A stretch of DNA of 64,000 nt. Source: Octopus vulgaris. Lineage: Eukaryota. The stretch spans positions 103,168,001 through 103,232,000 of the forward strand of contig OX597814.1 of NCBI GenBank assembly GCA_951406725.2. The letters are read 5' to 3'. Each line of letters starts with the position of its first letter. Position 1 is the first letter of the stretch. The notes below the pieces were generated by a model. That model saw only the letters and a program-made list of their open reading frames with translations, was not told where the DNA came from and did no database searches. Position numbers and translations under genes: made by a program. This document shows positions 60,290 through 64,000 of the stretch, in pieces.

Positions 60290-60943
60290 TATATATATAT
60301 ATATAAATGTACGAGTATGAGTGTATGTGTGTATGTGTGTATGCATGCATATATATGCAATGTGCGCAAGCGCAAACAGAAAATAAAACTGTTCTCGCCT
60401 GAAGATCGAAATGGAATAAAACTTGAAACACGAACTAGAGAAATTTAGAACATGCACACATGCATACATACACACGTACATTCATACACACATATATACA
60501 TTTGTACACACACACACACACACATACACACATACACACTCATACACACATACATTCACACATACACTCATGCTCACATATATACATTCATACTCACATA
60601 CATACACTCATACACACATATATACATATGACTGTGTGGGGGGAGGTGCATATGAGTGCGTGGATGGTGTAAAGTTCAACAGACTACAATTACTCTCAAC
60701 TTTTGATTGGTGAGAGGGATAAAAATGGAAGAAATTCTGTTTTGTCAATTTGTAGCTGCACTAGCGCGGGCACACACACACACACACATACACACAATTG
60801 TAATGATGAAATCAAAGCAAAAAGTGATAGTTTGAAATAATTTAATACGTACGTTTCAGGTTTGCATAATAGGAAAAGCATCCAATACATACATACATGC
60901 ATGCATACATACATACATACATACATACATACATACACATACA

Positions 60944-61838
60944 TAAGTGGTCTGATCAATAAGTATCCGGACTGTTGCCGTAGTAACGAAGCTAAAGTAC
61001 GGAGAGTAAAGCCGCTTGACGTAAATTGACCTTGAACACTGCTGTGCATGCACACTAAGTTTTAACGTTCTAGCTCACTTCCGCTGTTTACAGCAGTGCT
61101 TGGAAGGAAGGTGTGTAGCATGTGATCGTCGCATTAACCATGACAGAGAAAGTTGAGCAGAGAATTTGCATCAAATGTTGCCAAGTGCTTGGCGATACCT
61201 GCTCAGAAGTCTATTCAAAGTTTTCAAAAAGATTTCATTGTTCTCCACACAATCGAGATCTTGTGCAACTGAAACCCGACTGTCTTTTTGGTCAGCTGAA
61301 AGCAGTTTTGGCACAAACTTGGCAGACGCGCGTCTCATATCCAAATCTTCAGTGATAATAGACTGAACTGAACTGTAACTAATCTGCACATCCTCTGAAA
61401 ACTCACGGATGGTGATTCGATGATTTCCCCTCACAGCTGCACGAACATCTACGATGTTTTTCTCAGTTCTGCTGGTTGCAGATCTCCCAGAACGTTCGTC
61501 ACTATCGACATTTTCCGGCCATCCTAGAAATGTCTGAACCACACCTTCACTTGTGTGCGGCTCATTCACTACTCTCCGTACTCTTTCTGCGACATTGCTT
61601 AGGCCTGTGAGCAGGTATCGCCATGACGACTTTCTCTGTCATGGTCAATGCGACGACCACACACTACACATCTTCCTCCCAAGCACAGCTGTAAACAGCA
61701 GAAGTGAGCTAGACCGTTAAAACTTAGTGTGCATGCACAGCCGAGTTCAAGGTCAATCTGTGCCAAGCGCCTTCACTCTGCCTGCTTTAGCTTCGTTACT
61801 ATGTCAACAGTCTGAATACTTATTGATCAGACCTCGTA
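60944..61838. mobile_element. Fold-back mariner derivative built from two inverted 5' ends
   Basis: GGTCTGATCAATAAGTA TIR at both ends extending to about 260-bp inverted arms, each running into the transposase start (MTEKVEQRICIK); minus strand continues DSDERSGRSATSRTEKNI...RITIRE...SAKFVPKLLS. Confidence 0.88.
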
Positions 61839-62076
61839 CATCCAATACATAAATACATCCATCCATCCATCCATCCATACATACATACATACATACATAC
61901 ATACATACATACATACATACATACATACATACATACATACATACATACATACATACATACATACATACATACATACATACATACATACATCCATCCATCC
62001 ATCCATCCATCCATACATACATACATACATACATACATACATACATACATACATACATACATACATACATACATAC

Positions 62077-64000
62077 AAGGTGGTGGTGGTCGTCTACTCC
62101 TTATACAGAGTTTGACCACCTCCTGTACCTACACCTTAGCACCATCATGGCGTCTGATGTAGCTTCTTAAATCAGACAATCTTCTGAAAAGTCACCCACA
62201 TAGATTGCACCTCTGATCTGGACTACCAAGACCTGCAGATAAGTTCTGCTCTTTATGGGTCTTAAATGTCTTATGAGGCCTCCGTTGGATTTGAAAACCT
62301 TCTGGCATACACTGCATTCAAAAGTGTGCACAGACACATAGGCAGAATAGTTGGTGGAGGTTCGTTTTCCATGGGTTCGCAGATGAGATTTGAGGCCAGC
62401 AAAAGACAGGCAAGGTCTCTCACAGACTGTGCACACAAAAAGTTCATTGTCGTTCACCTTTTCGATCGTTACAGTTTTCCTTAGATCTCTTTTGAGTCTT
62501 ACTTGCGTTATCCTGGCCTCTTCAAATGCTTTCACTTCATTCCACACCTTTGTTCGCCATCCAACTCGATCCGAAGTAAGGGTTTCGATATCTTCTGGAA
62601 CCATTCCAAGTGACTTCATAGTAGTTCTTATGCCGTCCTTAAATCATTTTTTTAAGGTTTACGCCGATAGCGCTTCCCCTCTGCAAGCTCACCATAAAAC
62701 ATTTGTTGGGGCATTTTTGGTGGATTTGTTCTAGCAGTTAAAGATGCCTTTCCTAACAAGTCCAAGTTTCACTGGAATACATCAGAGATGGTAAGACAAA
62801 TGATTTGTAAAAAGCCAGCTTTATATTCTTATTTATATGTCGCTGGCACCAAACGCGGGACTCCAAGCCACCAAATGCTTTTGCTGCCCTTTAAATTTGC
62901 AGATGTATTTCTGTATCCAGATTTCCATAATTTTGAGCAGAACTTCCAAGGTAGACGAACGAATCGACAACCTCAAGTAACTTTCCTTTAACAAAAACTT
63001 TAGTTGGGTTACAAACAGCACCACACGCAGGTTGATGCATTACAACTGGTTTTTTTTCTTCAAGTTGATGGTCAAGCCAAAATTATCACAAGCTGAGTCA
63101 AATGCAGATACAAGAGATTGCAAACCTGTTTCAGAATGACTGACAAGATCGCAATCGTCAACATACAAAAGTTCCCTAATGAGTGAAGTAAAAACCTTCG
63201 TTTTGAATTTCAGTCTGGTCAGATTAAAAACATTCCATGTTGTTCGATATTTTATGTAAATACCCTCTTTAGAGTTTTGAAAAGCATGTGACAACAGCAA
63301 AGTATATTGCAAAGAGGGTGGATGCATCAAGGTCTCCTTGCTTTACTCTATTTTCCATAGCAAGAGATTCAGAGAGCCTACCACCAAAATTAACGCTAGC
63401 TTTCCTTTCTTGATGCAAAGCCGTGACCATGTTTACAATTTTTTCTGGACAACCTATTTTCCTTAGAATTAGCCACAGAGCATTTCAATTAACAGTATCG
63501 AGTGCTTTGCTCAAATCAACAAAGCAATGGTATAGAGCAAAATTCTGTTCAATGCACTTTTCTTGTAATTGTCTGATAGCAAAAATACAATCAGCTGTGC
63601 CCCTGGAGGAGTGAAAACGATATTGAGACTCAGACACTATATTTGGAAGTATAAACGTATTTAAACGTTCTAACAAAATGCGGGCAAGTACCTTTCCAAC
63701 AAAAGCGACATCCCACGAAAATTACCACACAGATCCTTTGGCTCCAATTTATACAAGGAGGCTAAAATGGCATCAATCCAGGAGTACAAACCCTTGGCAT
63801 CATTTCTAACAGCTGCTTCTTGTGCACCTTTTGCTCTATCATTCCACCATTCCTGTTTAATTTTCCTTAGAGCAGTCTGCACTTTCCGTTTCAGCTTTCT
63901 GTAAGCTTCGTTTGAGTTGGGGTTCAAGGACTGAGAAAGAAGTGTATTGCCTAAGTTTTTTTATTTTTATTTTTAAGTAGTTCATGAATTTCTGCTGATC
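62077..64000 (-). mobile_element. RTE-clade LINE 3' part (RT + C2H2 zinc fingers) with (TATG)n tail, degenerate
   Basis: NFRGMSLL, ESQYRFHSSRGTADCIFAIRQLQEKCIEQ...FVDLSKALDTVN, LLYVDDC...FGLTINLKK, CTVCERPCLSFAGLKSHLRTH. Confidence 0.92.

Noticed and set aside
62167-62619. Stand-alone host zinc-finger gene
   Set aside because: Collinear with upstream RTE RT fragments and followed by the LINE tail.

Overview
AT-rich, microsatellite-dense eukaryotic genomic DNA. The SINE families, R4/Dong and RTE LINEs and repeat style look like octopus (coleoid cephalopod); this is an inference. The only host gene found is the 3' part of a + strand hexa-EF-hand calbindin-32/calretinin/secretagogin-family gene. 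It has 7 GT-AG exons (8649-8705, 13112-13195, 18641-18696, 20427-20472, 22747-22803, 41485-41556, 42534-42686), giving 174 aa plus stop and EF-hands 3-6; no 5' exons were found, so they are probably upstream of the window. The rest is mobile-element debris: R4/Dong, RTE and CR1/Jockey-like LINE fragments, tRNA-derived SINEs, Tc1/mariner, hAT, Ty3/Gypsy, non-autonomous Helitrons and simple repeats. Most ORF-track entries are microsatellite artefacts. The most notable non-gene structures are (i) palindromic Penelope-like elements, one carrying a back-to-back pair of minimal hammerhead ribozymes (54155-54312), (ii) a head-to-tail dimer of a hairpin element whose junction extends its own inverted repeat (23404-24404), and (iii) long inverted repeats just downstream of the calbindin stop codon. 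I cannot claim a new biological system from this window alone.
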